Positions 17,330-27,114 are shown, counted from the stretch's first letter. The stretch: 64,000 nt of DNA from an uncultured Planctomycetia bacterium (GCA_964415355.1 CAYPYS010000007.1:11208-75207), one strand, 5' to 3'. Notes: generated by a model from the sequence alone, not told the origin. Made by a program: numbers and translations.

Positions 17330-19420
17330 ATGTTATTTTTGGCACCGATTGGTTCTGTGATAGCTATAATTTTCGCTATTTTTCTAATCTTAAAAATATT
17401 GCGCCAGGACGAGGGCACGGCTGAGATGAAGGAGATCGCAGCTTGTGTCAGGGAGGGTGCTTATGCCTACATTAAAAGGCAATACTCGATCGTAGGCATA
17501 TTTTTTGCCGTTACTTTTTCTGTTTTATTTTTACTTTATTTACGAGGTTACCTTATTATATTTGTTCCATTTGCATTTCTGACAGGTGGTTTCTTTTCAG
17601 GCCTTTGTGGATTTATCGGTATGAGCGTTGCGACTCAATCGAGCGCAAGGACTACGGCTGCGGCGCGTACCAGCTTGAATGGCGCGTTACGCGTGGCCTT
17701 CTCGAGCGGCGCCGTGATGGGCTTGATGGTGGTCGGTCTCGGACTTTTGGACCTGAGCATATGGTATTATTTCTTAAATTGGTATTATAGGAACCTCGAT
17801 GAGGCGATCAGGATTCAGAATATTACGAGCACCATGTTGAATTTTGGTATGGGCGCGAGTTTTATGGCGTTGTTCGCGCGCGTAGGCGGCGGGATCTTTA
17901 CAAAGGCGGCAGATGTCGGCGCAGACCTCGTCGGTAAAGTCGAAGCAGGCATACCCGAAGACGACCCGCGCAATCCGGCCGTGATCGCTGACAATGTAGG
18001 TGACAATGTCGGTGATGTCGCAGGCATGGGCGCGGATCTCTACGAGTCGTACGTGGGTTCGATCGTAGCGACAATGGCGCTGGGCTCAGCTGCATTCATA
18101 CAGTATGGGAAGAGCTTGAAAGGCATTACCATCCCTTTGGTAATAGCAGCCGTAGGAGTCATTGCGAGTTTGATCGGCACGTTATTTGTGCGCTCCGGAG
18201 AAAAGGCTGAGCAGCATGAATTGCTTTTGGCGCTGAGAAAAGGAATTTTTACGAGCGCAGCACTTATCGCGATCAGTTCTTATTTTGTAATAAAGTTTGT
18301 TTTGGGTGTGGAGTTTATAGGAGTGTATTGGGCTGTTTTTTCAGGTCTGGTCGCAGGGATCATAATCGGTCTTTCAACAGAATATTTTACGTCTGACAAA
18401 TATTCGCCGACGCGCACAGTAGCCAAGTCCGCGCGCACAGGGCCTGCTACTGTGATCATAGAGGGCTTGTCAGTCGGTATGCTTTCGACCGCTATTCCTG
18501 TTGTTGCTATTGCGGCTGCAATACTTGCGAGTTTTTATTTTTCAGGCGGCGCGAGAGATTTTAATCTTGGATTGTACGGCGTTGGCATTGCCGCTGTCGG
18601 CATGCTAAGCACTTTGGGCATAACGCTTGCGACAGATGCTTACGGGCCAGTCGCAGACAATGCCGGAGGCAACGCAGAGATGTCACATCAGCCGCCAGAG
18701 GTACGACGCCGAACAGACGCGCTAGACACATTAGGTAACACCACTGCTGCCACAGGTAAAGGTTTTGCAATTGGCTCTGCTGCGCTATCTGCTCTCGCAT
18801 TGATCGCTGCTTACAGAGAGCATTTACATTTATTGGGTAAGGAAGTAAATACAGATCTCATGAACCCACGCCTCTTGGCAGGCCTTTTTATAGGAGGCAT
18901 GCTTCCGTTTGCTTTTTGCTCGCTTACAATGAGTGCAGTCGGCCGCGCAGCTTCGAGTGTCGTGATGGAAGTGAGGCGACAGTTTAGAGAGATAAAGGGT
19001 TTGATGGAAGGCAGGGAAAAGCCGGATTACGCGAATTGTGTGACCATTGTCACGAAGAGCGCGCAGAAAGAGATGGTATTGCCGTCGCTCCTCGCAATAC
19101 TAGCGCCGGTTGTCGTTGGGCTTTCGATGGGGATAGAGGCAGGCGTTGGACTTTTAGTTGGCGCGCTAGTCTCTGGATTTGTGCTTGCGATCATGATGGC
19201 CAATGCAGGCGGCACATGGGACAACGCAAAGAAATACGTAGAGAGTGGCGCAGAAGGCGGCAAAGGCTCTTCTGCTCATAAGGCAACAGTAGTTGGTGAC
19301 ACAGTAGGGGACCCGTTTAAAGACACGTCAGGTCCTTCATTGAATATATTATTGAAGCTGATGTCAATGGTCTCCATTGTCTTCGCTTCTTTTATAATAT
19401 CCAACACGCTTTTTAAATAA
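17330..19420 (+). CDS. hppA: Membrane-bound H+(or Na+)-translocating pyrophosphatase
   Basis: PPase signature GDNVGDNVGDVAGMGADL. Multiple TM helices. DAYGPVADNAGG. Confidence 0.92.
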   Translation: MLFLAPIGSVIAIIFAIFLILKILRQDEGTAEMKEIAACVREGAYAYIKRQYSIVGIFFAVTFSVLFLLYLRGYLIIFVPFAFLTGGFFSGLCGFIGMSVATQSSARTTAAARTSLNGALRVAFSSGAVMGLMVVGLGLLDLSIWYYFLNWYYRNLDEAIRIQNITSTMLNFGMGASFMALFARVGGGIFTKAADVGADLVGKVEAGIPEDDPRNPAVIADNVGDNVGDVAGMGADLYESYVGSIVATMALGSAAFIQYGKSLKGITIPLVIAAVGVIASLIGTLFVRSGEKAEQHELLLALRKGIFTSAALIAISSYFVIKFVLGVEFIGVYWAVFSGLVAGIIIGLSTEYFTSDKYSPTRTVAKSARTGPATVIIEGLSVGMLSTAIPVVAIAAAILASFYFSGGARDFNLGLYGVGIAAVGMLSTLGITLATDAYGPVADNAGGNAEMSHQPPEVRRRTDALDTLGNTTAATGKGFAIGSAALSALALIAAYREHLHLLGKEVNTDLMNPRLLAGLFIGGMLPFAFCSLTMSAVGRAASSVVMEVRRQFREIKGLMEGREKPDYANCVTIVTKSAQKEMVLPSLLAILAPVVVGLSMGIEAGVGLLVGALVSGFVLAIMMANAGGTWDNAKKYVESGAEGGKGSSAHKATVVGDTVGDPFKDTSGPSLNILLKLMSMVSIVFASFIISNTLFK

Positions 19421-19423
19421 GCT

Positions 19424-19458
19424 AACTTTACACTTTAACGTTGTTGAAATGTAAAGTT
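19424..19458. repeat. Intergenic palindromic repeat, subfamily A
   Basis: 3 nt after the hppA TAA stop. Confidence 0.85.
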
Positions 19459-19528
19459 AGGAATGAACGAAACTGCTTGACTTTAAAGAGATAGCGTATT
19501 ATATTAAAGAAAAACTAGGAGGTAAAAC

Positions 19529-20260
19529 ATGCTCTCCCAAAAAGGTTTATTTTATGCGGTTTTAGGCGTAATTGTCCTTTCTATGTTGACCACCGGATGT
19601 TCGATTACAATCCAAAAAGGCAGACGCAGCGATATTGAAAAGATCGAATCTCTGCAGTATGAACTGGATGCTATGAATCTAAGGTTAAAGCAGCTACAGG
19701 ACGAGAAAGGTAAGGAAGTATCTCAACTCGAAAACGCTAAGAAGCTTTTGGAAAAGCAGTTGAAAAAGGAAATAGGCGACAAGGATGTCCGTCTCGAGAT
19801 GGCAGAGAGAGGTCTCGTGATTATATTTCTGGCAGAGGTTCTTTTTGATTCTGGTAAGTCGGATATAAAAGAAGAAGCACATTCAGCTCTGGAGAAGATA
19901 GCAAAAATCCTAAATAAAAATGTCGCGGACAGGAATATAGGCATAGAAGGTCATACGGATAACGAACCTATTAAATATTCAGGCTGGAAGTCGAATTGGG
20001 AACTTTCGACAGCAAGGGCTACCAGCGTTTTGCATTATTTAGAAGATGAGAAAGGCCTTGACCCAAAGAGGCTTTCCGCGACAGGTTATGCTCAACACAG
20101 GCCAGTGGCGTCTAATGACGACGAAGAAGGCCGCAGGCAGAACAGGCGCGTTGAAATAGTCATACTTCCAAAGAACATCGAAAAGATTCAGGCAGACATA
20201 GATAAATTAGAGAAGAGGAAGAAGAGGATAGAGAAGCGCTTAAAGCGATACAAGAAATAA
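19529..20260 (+). CDS. OmpA/MotB-domain lipoprotein with N-terminal coiled coil
   Basis: Signal peptide plus lipobox LTTGC. Coiled-coil heptads. C-terminal OmpA-like domain (TDNEP...NRRVEI). Confidence 0.7.
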   Translation: MLSQKGLFYAVLGVIVLSMLTTGCSITIQKGRRSDIEKIESLQYELDAMNLRLKQLQDEKGKEVSQLENAKKLLEKQLKKEIGDKDVRLEMAERGLVIIFLAEVLFDSGKSDIKEEAHSALEKIAKILNKNVADRNIGIEGHTDNEPIKYSGWKSNWELSTARATSVLHYLEDEKGLDPKRLSATGYAQHRPVASNDDEEGRRQNRRVEIVILPKNIEKIQADIDKLEKRKKRIEKRLKRYKK

Positions 20261-20293
20261 CTTTACATTTCAACAACGTTAAAGTGTAAAGTT
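20259..20293. repeat. Intergenic palindromic repeat, subfamily A (reverse-complement form)
   Basis: Starts on the AA of the TAA stop of the OmpA-like gene. Confidence 0.85.
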
Positions 20294-20330
20294 AAGAACC
20301 ATAGAGAAACGCGAATCGCGCTTTTTAAAA

Positions 20331-20350
20331 GACGCGTTTCGCGTTTTTTT
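20331..20350 (+). terminator. Short intrinsic-terminator-like hairpin with A-tract/T-tract
   Basis: AAAAG ACGCG ttt CGCGT TTTTTTT, preceded by a second small hairpin CGCG-aat-CGCG + CTTTTT (20310-20325). It lies between the OmpA-like gene and uppS, after the palindromic repeat. Confidence 0.4.
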
Positions 20351-20361
20351 ATAAAGAAAAT

Positions 20362-21057
20362 ATGAGCACGCCGAAGCATATCGCAATAATAATGGACGGG
20401 AACGGACGTTGGGCTAGAAAACGCGGCCTCCCAAAGATAATGGGTCACAAGAAAGGGGTTGAGACTGTAAAAAAGATAGTCAAGGCCTGTATAAAATTTA
20501 AAATAAAATATTTAACGCTCTACACTTTTTCTACTGAAAATTGGAACCGTCCGACAAAAGAAGTGAAAGCGCTCTTTAAACTATTGTATCAATTTTTAGA
20601 CAGGCAGAGTAAGCTTTTTCACGACAACAAGGTAAGATTTTGCGTGATTGGTGAAAGAGATAAAATTGACGGAAGCTTGAAGAAGAAGATAGAAAAGACA
20701 GAGAGAGATACAAGGAACTATGATACGTTGCGGGTTAATATCGCCTTGAGTTATGGCGGGAGGCAAGAGATCTTAAGCGCTACAAGGTCAATAGCGGAAA
20801 AGATCAAAAGCGGAACTTTAAAGCCTGAAGAGATAGATGAAAATATTTTTTCAAATCAGCTTTATACGCGTGAGTGCCCTGACCCGGATTTATTAATAAG
20901 GACTAGCGGAGAGATGCGCGTTTCAAATTTTTTATTGTGGCAGATCTCTTACGCTGAGCTCTATGTCACTGAAAAACTTTGGCCTGATTTCAGTGAGCAG
21001 GATTTAAAAAACGCAATAGAGGAATACAGGAAACGGGAACGGAAGTTCGGTAGATAA
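20362..21057 (+). CDS. uppS: Undecaprenyl diphosphate synthase (cis-prenyltransferase)
   Basis: HIAIIMDGNGRWA, TLYTFSTENWNRP and IRTSGEMRVSNFLLWQ. Confidence 0.9.
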   Translation: MSTPKHIAIIMDGNGRWARKRGLPKIMGHKKGVETVKKIVKACIKFKIKYLTLYTFSTENWNRPTKEVKALFKLLYQFLDRQSKLFHDNKVRFCVIGERDKIDGSLKKKIEKTERDTRNYDTLRVNIALSYGGRQEILSATRSIAEKIKSGTLKPEEIDENIFSNQLYTRECPDPDLLIRTSGEMRVSNFLLWQISYAELYVTEKLWPDFSEQDLKNAIEEYRKRERKFGR

Positions 21058-21090
21058 CTTTACACTTTAACGTTGTTAAAGTGTAAAGTT
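21056..21090. repeat. Intergenic palindromic repeat, subfamily A (first of a tandem pair)
   Basis: AACTTTACACTTTAACGTTGTTAAAGTGTAAAGTT. Starts on the AA of the uppS TAA stop. Confidence 0.85.
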
Positions 21091-21096
21091 AAGGAT

Positions 21097-21137
21097 CTTA
21101 AGTATACATTTCAACAATGTTAAAATGTATACTTAAA
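21097..21137. repeat. Intergenic palindromic repeat, subfamily B (second of a tandem pair)
   Basis: CTTAAGTATACATTTCAACAATGTTAAAATGTATACTTAAG. Confidence 0.8.
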
Positions 21138-21160
21138 GGCAACAAAGCTACAGGTGAAAT

Positions 21161-21967
21161 ATGCTTAAGCGCACGATCAGTTCAATAATACTAATATTTA
21201 TTACACTTATTACGATATTTTTATTGCCTGTATGGGCTTTTAGCATAGTAGCGTCTGTATTTATAGGATTGGGACTTTACGAATTTTTCAGGTTGAATTC
21301 TAAGGATTTGTTTCCAAAGAGCTTTATAATCCTGGGTATATTTTTTAGTGCCCTCCTTCCTTATATAACATATTTTTACAGGCCTGCCGGCGGACTGTGG
21401 GAGGCGTTGTTTTTTATCCTGGTCTTGATCACGCTTTTTCTCATAGAGTTTACCAGACGAGAAAATCAAAACGCAGTGGTGCTGATTGCAGTGACGCTAT
21501 TTGGTATTTTTTACGTTGGCTGGTTTTTTACGTTTCTTGTAAAGATAAGATTTTTGGAAGAAGGGCATAAGCTGGTTGCATTTTTGCTATTGGTGACCAA
21601 GTCAGGAGATATCGGCGCGTATTTAATCGGTACATATTTAGGAAAACATCCCCTCATCCCCAGGATAAGTCCAAAAAAGTCGGTCGAAGGAGCTATAGGC
21701 GGATTTTTGTTCAGCATTGTTTTTGCTATTTTGGGGCGATCATTTTTAGGGCCGCTGTCGCTTGGCGTTGCACTTGGAGCAGGGATATTGATTGGAATCT
21801 TTGCTCAACTCGGAGACCTGGCAGAGAGCCTTGTGAAGCGAGATTATAGAGTCAAGGATTCGAGTCCCTTTTTCCCGGGCCTGGGCGGCATGTTGGATGT
21901 AATTGACAGCATTCTCTTTACTGCCCCGATTTTTTATATCTACTTAAACGTTATAATGTGGCTTTAA
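21161..21967 (+). CDS. cdsA: Phosphatidate cytidylyltransferase
   Basis: Polytopic membrane protein. C-terminal CTP-transferase signature SLVKRDYRVKDSSPFFPGLGGMLD. Confidence 0.8.
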   Translation: MLKRTISSIILIFITLITIFLLPVWAFSIVASVFIGLGLYEFFRLNSKDLFPKSFIILGIFFSALLPYITYFYRPAGGLWEALFFILVLITLFLIEFTRRENQNAVVLIAVTLFGIFYVGWFFTFLVKIRFLEEGHKLVAFLLLVTKSGDIGAYLIGTYLGKHPLIPRISPKKSVEGAIGGFLFSIVFAILGRSFLGPLSLGVALGAGILIGIFAQLGDLAESLVKRDYRVKDSSPFFPGLGGMLDVIDSILFTAPIFYIYLNVIMWL

Positions 21968-22000
21968 CTTTACATTTCAACAACGTTAAAGTGTAAAGTT
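21966..22000. repeat. Intergenic palindromic repeat, subfamily A (reverse-complement form)
   Basis: Starts on the AA of the cdsA TAA stop. Confidence 0.85.
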
Positions 22001-22016
22001 AGACGGATCAGGAGTT

Positions 22017-23162
22017 ATGCAGAAGGTATCAGTAATAGGTTCAACAGGTTCGATAGGTACGAGCGCGCTGGATGTGGTTTCCAGGTTTTCGGAGAAGTTC
22101 ACGGTAGACTCGCTTTCAACTTACTCTAATGCAGCGCTTTTGTGGCAGCAGGTGCAGAGATTCAGGCCAAAGGCAGTTTGTATTGTCAATACAAAGAAGG
22201 CGCAAGAATTCAGGAAGAGATTTAAAAAAGAGAGAATCTTGCTTTATGAAGGCGAGGCAGGTCTTCTGAGCATGATGAAAAGGCAAATTGATACGCTCGT
22301 TGTAGGCGTGGTAGGTTCGTCCGCGCTCCTTCCTATTTTAACGGCGCTTTCTAATATAAAGCGGCTCGCTCTTGCTAATAAAGAGGCACTTGTCATGGCA
22401 GGTGATATTATCATGCAGAAGGCCAGACGCAATAAAGTCACGGTTTTGCCTGTCGATAGCGAACACAACGCGATATTCCAATGCATCGGGTCAAAAGATC
22501 CTTCAGGCATAAAAAATATTTATCTCACGGGCTCAGGCGGGCCATTGCTCAGAGTGCCAAAAAAAGATTTTAGAAAAATAGAGCCTGCGCAGGCAGTCAA
22601 TCACCCTAAATGGAAGATGGGGAAAAAGATATCCATAGATTCAGCAACTATGATGAATAAAGGACTTGAGGTGATTGAGGCGCATCACCTTTTTGGTGTG
22701 GAAATAGACAGCATCAAGGTACTGATTCACCCGGAGACAGTCGTGCATTCAATGGTGGAATTCGTGGACGGCTCTATATTAGCTCATATGGGTACATGCG
22801 ATATGAGGATGCCGATACAATATGCACTTACATATCCGTTGCGTGATACCTCGTCAGTAAAAGGCGTCATGTTTTCTAAGTTAAAGGCATTGCATTTCGA
22901 CGAACCTGACTTTGGGAAATTCCCGTGCTTGCGACTTGCGTATGAAGCTGCTCGGACAGGAGGCACGTATCCGTGCGCCCTAAACGCGTCGAATGAGGTC
23001 GTCGTGGAAGAATTTTTGAAGGGGCGGTTGCGATTTCCGGATATACCCAAGATAATAGAATGCATTTTAAGTCTGCATAAAAATATAAAAAACCCCAAAT
23101 TAAAGGATATATTAGGGGTTGATAAATGGGCGAAAGAAAAAACCATGGCCTTGCTAAAATAG
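22017..23162 (+). CDS. dxr: 1-deoxy-D-xylulose 5-phosphate reductoisomerase
   Basis: NADPH-binding GSTGSIG. LANKEALV. VDSEHNAIFQ. NKGLEVIEAHHLF. Confidence 0.92.
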   Translation: MQKVSVIGSTGSIGTSALDVVSRFSEKFTVDSLSTYSNAALLWQQVQRFRPKAVCIVNTKKAQEFRKRFKKERILLYEGEAGLLSMMKRQIDTLVVGVVGSSALLPILTALSNIKRLALANKEALVMAGDIIMQKARRNKVTVLPVDSEHNAIFQCIGSKDPSGIKNIYLTGSGGPLLRVPKKDFRKIEPAQAVNHPKWKMGKKISIDSATMMNKGLEVIEAHHLFGVEIDSIKVLIHPETVVHSMVEFVDGSILAHMGTCDMRMPIQYALTYPLRDTSSVKGVMFSKLKALHFDEPDFGKFPCLRLAYEAARTGGTYPCALNASNEVVVEEFLKGRLRFPDIPKIIECILSLHKNIKNPKLKDILGVDKWAKEKTMALLK

Positions 23163-23170
23163 GCATGCTT

Positions 23171-23205
23171 AACTTTACACTTTAACGTTGTTGAAATGTA
23201 AAGTT
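23171..23205. repeat. Intergenic palindromic repeat, subfamily A
   Basis: 8 nt after the dxr TAG stop. Ends 11 nt before the rseP ATG; its 3' end GTTAGGGAG doubles as the RBS. Confidence 0.85.
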
Positions 23206-23216
23206 AGGGAGACAGG

Positions 23217-24302
23217 ATGTTGGCAACAGTTAGTTTTATAGCAGTATTGAGTATTTTGGTGATCGTGCATGAATTCGGGCATTTTATCGTCGCGAAAAAG
23301 ACTGGTGTGCGCGTTGAGAAATTCTCCGTAGGTTTTGGTCCAGAGGTTTTCGGGGTTACAAAAGGTGGCACGCGCTATAGTATTTCACTTATACCTTTGG
23401 GCGGATATGTAAAACTTGCAGGTGAGACTGGCGAAGAGGAGCTAAAGGGCGAGAGTTGGGAATATTTATCGCGTACAGTCGGCGAACGTGCGAAAATAAT
23501 TTTTGCTGGTCCGTTATTGAACTATATATTGGCATTTTTTATATTTTCATTTATTTTTGTAATCGGCTATCCGACATTGACTACGAAGATAGGCCAGGTT
23601 ATCTCGGATTATCCGGGCGCCGCAGCTGGCGTGAAAGCAGGCGATGTGATTTTAGAGATAAACGGCCAGGAAGTAAATTACTGGGAAGATGTTACTAATA
23701 GCATTCACACTAATAAAGAACCAGAGATAGATCTTTTGGTAGAGAGAGGCGGGAGGCTGGTGGATCTAAAGGTCACGCCAAAATCTCAAGAGGTCAAAAC
23801 GATATTTGGTTCTAAGAAGCGAGTTGGTCTTATAGGCATTATGCCTAGCGAGGAAATCGTATACGTAAGGCACAATGTCATAAAGTCTGTTTATATGGGC
23901 GGTAAAAAATTGGTCATGCTCACCTATATTACTTACAGGGCATTGTGGGCGAGTTTTACAGGTGTCATCCCTTTCAAAGAATCGATTACAGGGCCTGTTG
24001 GCATATTTTATATAACAGGCCAGGCAGCCAGGATGGGGATTGTGTATCTTTTGCATATCATGGGGATTTTAAGCGCATCGCTAGCGATATTTAATCTCTT
24101 GCCGGTGCCAGTGCTCGACGGTGGCCACCTTTTATTTATAGCAATAGAAAAAGTAAGGCGTAAGCCTGTTTCGCACAGGGTGCAGGAGAACATAACGCAG
24201 GTGGGTCTGGCGCTGATCATATGCATGATGCTTTTTGTTTTTTATAATGACTTCATGCGATTTGGTATTTTTGAAAAGATCGCGGGACTCTGGCAAAAAT
24301 AA
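23217..24302 (+). CDS. rseP: RIP metalloprotease RseP (site-2 protease, M50)
   Basis: HEFGH zinc motif at the N-terminus, a PDZ domain (GDVILEINGQEV) and a C-terminal LDGGH motif. Confidence 0.85.
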   Translation: MLATVSFIAVLSILVIVHEFGHFIVAKKTGVRVEKFSVGFGPEVFGVTKGGTRYSISLIPLGGYVKLAGETGEEELKGESWEYLSRTVGERAKIIFAGPLLNYILAFFIFSFIFVIGYPTLTTKIGQVISDYPGAAAGVKAGDVILEINGQEVNYWEDVTNSIHTNKEPEIDLLVERGGRLVDLKVTPKSQEVKTIFGSKKRVGLIGIMPSEEIVYVRHNVIKSVYMGGKKLVMLTYITYRALWASFTGVIPFKESITGPVGIFYITGQAARMGIVYLLHIMGILSASLAIFNLLPVPVLDGGHLLFIAIEKVRRKPVSHRVQENITQVGLALIICMMLFVFYNDFMRFGIFEKIAGLWQK

Positions 24303-24339
24303 GCAAAAAATAGAACAAGGGAATTCTTAAGGCCTTGCT

Positions 24340-24374
24340 AACTTTACACTTTAACGTTGTTGAAATGTAAACTT
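24340..24374. repeat. Intergenic palindromic repeat, subfamily A (variant 3' arm)
   Basis: Lies between rseP and ispG. Ends at AACTTAGGAGAGGGG-ATG. Confidence 0.85.
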
Positions 24375-24384
24375 AGGAGAGGGG

Positions 24385-25380
24385 ATGACGAGGCAGATTA
24401 GGGTTGGAAGGATTAAGATAGGAGGAGGTGCTCCAATCGCAGTGCAGTCAATGACAAAGACTGACACGCGTGATGTGGCTGCAACTGTCAGCGAGATAAA
24501 GGAGCTGGAGCGGGCCGGGTGTGAACTGGTGCGCGTTGCAGTAAAGGATTTTCAGTCAGCGAGCGCGCTAAAGAAGATTAAAAAGAAGGTACGGATACCG
24601 CTCGTAGCCGATATACACTTTGATTATCGCCTGGCGCTGGAGGCAATAGAATATGGCGCTGACAAGATCAGGCTGAATCCGGGGAATATTCATAAAGAGG
24701 CGCAGGTTCGCGAGGTAGCGCGCCTTGCAAAGAAAAGACGCGTGCCGATAAGAGTGGGCGTGAATTCAGGGTCGGTAAAAGGGAATGATTTAGTAAAGCC
24801 GGCGTTGGATTTTATAAAGCTCTTGGAGAAGGCAAAGTTTTACGATATAATAGTTTCGTTAAAGGCATCGGATGTTTTAACGACAATAGATGCTTATAGA
24901 AGGTTTTCAAAAAAATCAAAATACCCGCTTCACTTAGGCATTACAGCAGCCGGACCCCTTGCGACAGGCCTTGTGAAGTCCAGTATAGGTATAGGCGTGC
25001 TGCTCTTAGAGGGCATTGGCGATACGATTAGAGTTTCTTTGACTGCGCATCCTTGTGAAGAAGTTATCGCAGCGAAAAATATTTTACAGACGCTTGGCCT
25101 GCGCCGATTCGGGCCGGATATAATCTCGTGTCCGACCTGCGGCCGATGCCAGGTGGATTTGCAGAAAATAGTAAGTGATTTAGAAAAACGCATTACGCAA
25201 ACAAACTCTATTAAGATCGCTGTAATGGGCTGCGAAGTCAATGGGCCCGGAGAAGCAAAGGAAGCAGACGTCGGCATTGCCTGCGGTAAAAAATCAGGAG
25301 TGATTTTTAAAAAAGGCAAGATTATAAAACGAGTAAAAGAAAAAGATATAGTTAAAAAACTTTTAAACGAGATACTATAG
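24385..25380 (+). CDS. ispG: 4-hydroxy-3-methylbut-2-enyl diphosphate synthase
   Basis: TIM-barrel region. C-terminal Fe-S cysteines CPTCGRC...MGC. RINPGN. Confidence 0.9.
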   Translation: MTRQIRVGRIKIGGGAPIAVQSMTKTDTRDVAATVSEIKELERAGCELVRVAVKDFQSASALKKIKKKVRIPLVADIHFDYRLALEAIEYGADKIRLNPGNIHKEAQVREVARLAKKRRVPIRVGVNSGSVKGNDLVKPALDFIKLLEKAKFYDIIVSLKASDVLTTIDAYRRFSKKSKYPLHLGITAAGPLATGLVKSSIGIGVLLLEGIGDTIRVSLTAHPCEEVIAAKNILQTLGLRRFGPDIISCPTCGRCQVDLQKIVSDLEKRITQTNSIKIAVMGCEVNGPGEAKEADVGIACGKKSGVIFKKGKIIKRVKEKDIVKKLLNEIL

Positions 25381-25381
25381 C

Positions 25382-27091
25382 ATGCGTTGGACCAAATATT
25401 TCATCCCAACCCTAAAAGAAGTTCCTTCTGAGGCAGAGGCTGTAAGTCATCGCCTCATGATAAGGGCAGGTCTTATAAGAAAGCTTGCCTCAGGTGCATA
25501 CACATACCTTCCGCTCGGCCTCAGGATCTTGAAAAAAGTCGAAAACATAATCCGCGAAGAGATGAATAAAAAAGGAGCGCTCGAGCTTTTTCTGCCGTCG
25601 CTGCAGCCGGTCGAACTCTGGCACGAGTCAGGCCGTTACAAAGACCTGGGCGAAGATCTGATCAAGTTTAAAGATAGACACTCTCGCGTCATGGTCTTTG
25701 GGCCTACACACGAAGAGGTCATCACAGATCTTGTCCGAAATCACATTCGTTCCTATCGTCAGCTGCCCATAACCCTTTATCAGATCCAGACAAAATTCAG
25801 AGACGAGGTGCGGCCGCGCTTCGGAGTGATACGCAGTCGTGAATTCATAATGAAGGATGCCTACAGCTTTGACAGGGATAAGATCGGCCTGGACGAGAGC
25901 TATAAAAAGATGTATGAGGCTTATGAGGCTATTTTTAAAAGATGCGGCTTAAAAGTAATTGCAGTAGAAGCAGACTCCGGCGTAATGGGCGGAGATGTGT
26001 CGCATGAATTTATGATGCTCGCAGAAAGCGGCGAGGATCTTTTGGCGCACTGCCTGTCATGCGGGTATGCTGCGAGTATGCCGGTGGCAGAGTGTAAGGC
26101 TCAAGGTTTGAAGCTGAAGATCCAAGGGAAAAAGAAATTACAAGAAGTGGATACGCCCGGCGTTAGCACGATTGAAAAGGTCGGCGCGCTTCTAAAGACA
26201 AAGCCCGAGCAGATGGTCAAGACCCTTGTTTACGTTGCAGATGAAAAGCCGGTCGCAGTTCTTATTAGAGGAGACCATGAGGCAAACGAGGCAAAGATTA
26301 AGAAACATCTGGGCTGCGCTCACCTGGAGATGGCGACAGAAGACGTTATTAGAAAGGCGACGGGCGGACCTCTTGGGTTTTCAGGGCCGGTCGGGCTTCA
26401 AAACGTACAAATCATAGCCGACCACTATATTAAAGGTATTGCAAATTTTGTCACAGGTGCAAACAAAAAAGACAAGCACCTTATAAATGTTAATCCGGAC
26501 AGGGATTTTAATGTAGGAGAGTGGGCAGATTTAAGAATGATTACTGAAAAAGATAATTGTCCCAGATGCAATAAAAAGATAAAGATAGAGCATGCGATCG
26601 AGATGGGTCATGTGTTCAAGCTGGGATTAAAATACTCAAAGGCAATGAAGGCAGAGTTTTTAGATGAGGACGGCAAGCTCAAGCCATTGGTAATGGGTTG
26701 CTACGGCATAGGCGTGAACAGGATAATCGCAGCCAATATCGAACTCCACAATGATAAAAAAGGCATCATCTGGCCTTTTTCTATAGCGCCATTTCAGGCA
26801 ATAGTAATACCTTTAAATTATGAAAAACCAGAGATCCGCAAGGTCGCTGACGAGGTCTATGGCTTCTTGAGCGATAAAGGTGTAGAGGTCCTCCTGGACG
26901 ACAGGAACGACTCAGCCGGCGTCAAATTCAACGACGCCGAGCTCATTGGCATACCTTTCCAGATAGTTATCGGCGATAAAGGCCTCAAGAAAGGAATCGT
27001 CGAGATAAAGGATAGAGCAACAGGCGAGACTACAGAGCTTGATACAAAAAACCTCTCCAAAATTTCCACCCTGCTTAACTTTACACTTTAA
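25382..27091 (+). CDS. proS: Prolyl-tRNA synthetase
   Basis: Class II aaRS motifs FRDE and GCYGIG; anticodon-binding domain. The stop codon lies inside a copy of the palindromic repeat. Confidence 0.9.
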   Translation: MRWTKYFIPTLKEVPSEAEAVSHRLMIRAGLIRKLASGAYTYLPLGLRILKKVENIIREEMNKKGALELFLPSLQPVELWHESGRYKDLGEDLIKFKDRHSRVMVFGPTHEEVITDLVRNHIRSYRQLPITLYQIQTKFRDEVRPRFGVIRSREFIMKDAYSFDRDKIGLDESYKKMYEAYEAIFKRCGLKVIAVEADSGVMGGDVSHEFMMLAESGEDLLAHCLSCGYAASMPVAECKAQGLKLKIQGKKKLQEVDTPGVSTIEKVGALLKTKPEQMVKTLVYVADEKPVAVLIRGDHEANEAKIKKHLGCAHLEMATEDVIRKATGGPLGFSGPVGLQNVQIIADHYIKGIANFVTGANKKDKHLINVNPDRDFNVGEWADLRMITEKDNCPRCNKKIKIEHAIEMGHVFKLGLKYSKAMKAEFLDEDGKLKPLVMGCYGIGVNRIIAANIELHNDKKGIIWPFSIAPFQAIVIPLNYEKPEIRKVADEVYGFLSDKGVEVLLDDRNDSAGVKFNDAELIGIPFQIVIGDKGLKKGIVEIKDRATGETTELDTKNLSKISTLLNFTL

Positions 27092-27111
27092 CGTTGTTGA
27101 AATGTAAACTT
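27077..27111. repeat. Intergenic palindromic repeat, subfamily A, containing the proS stop codon and abutting the convergent GT39-like gene stop
   Basis: The proS TAA (27089-27091) lies inside the repeat. The minus-strand gene stop is at 27115-27117. Confidence 0.85.
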
Positions 27112-27114
27112 AGG

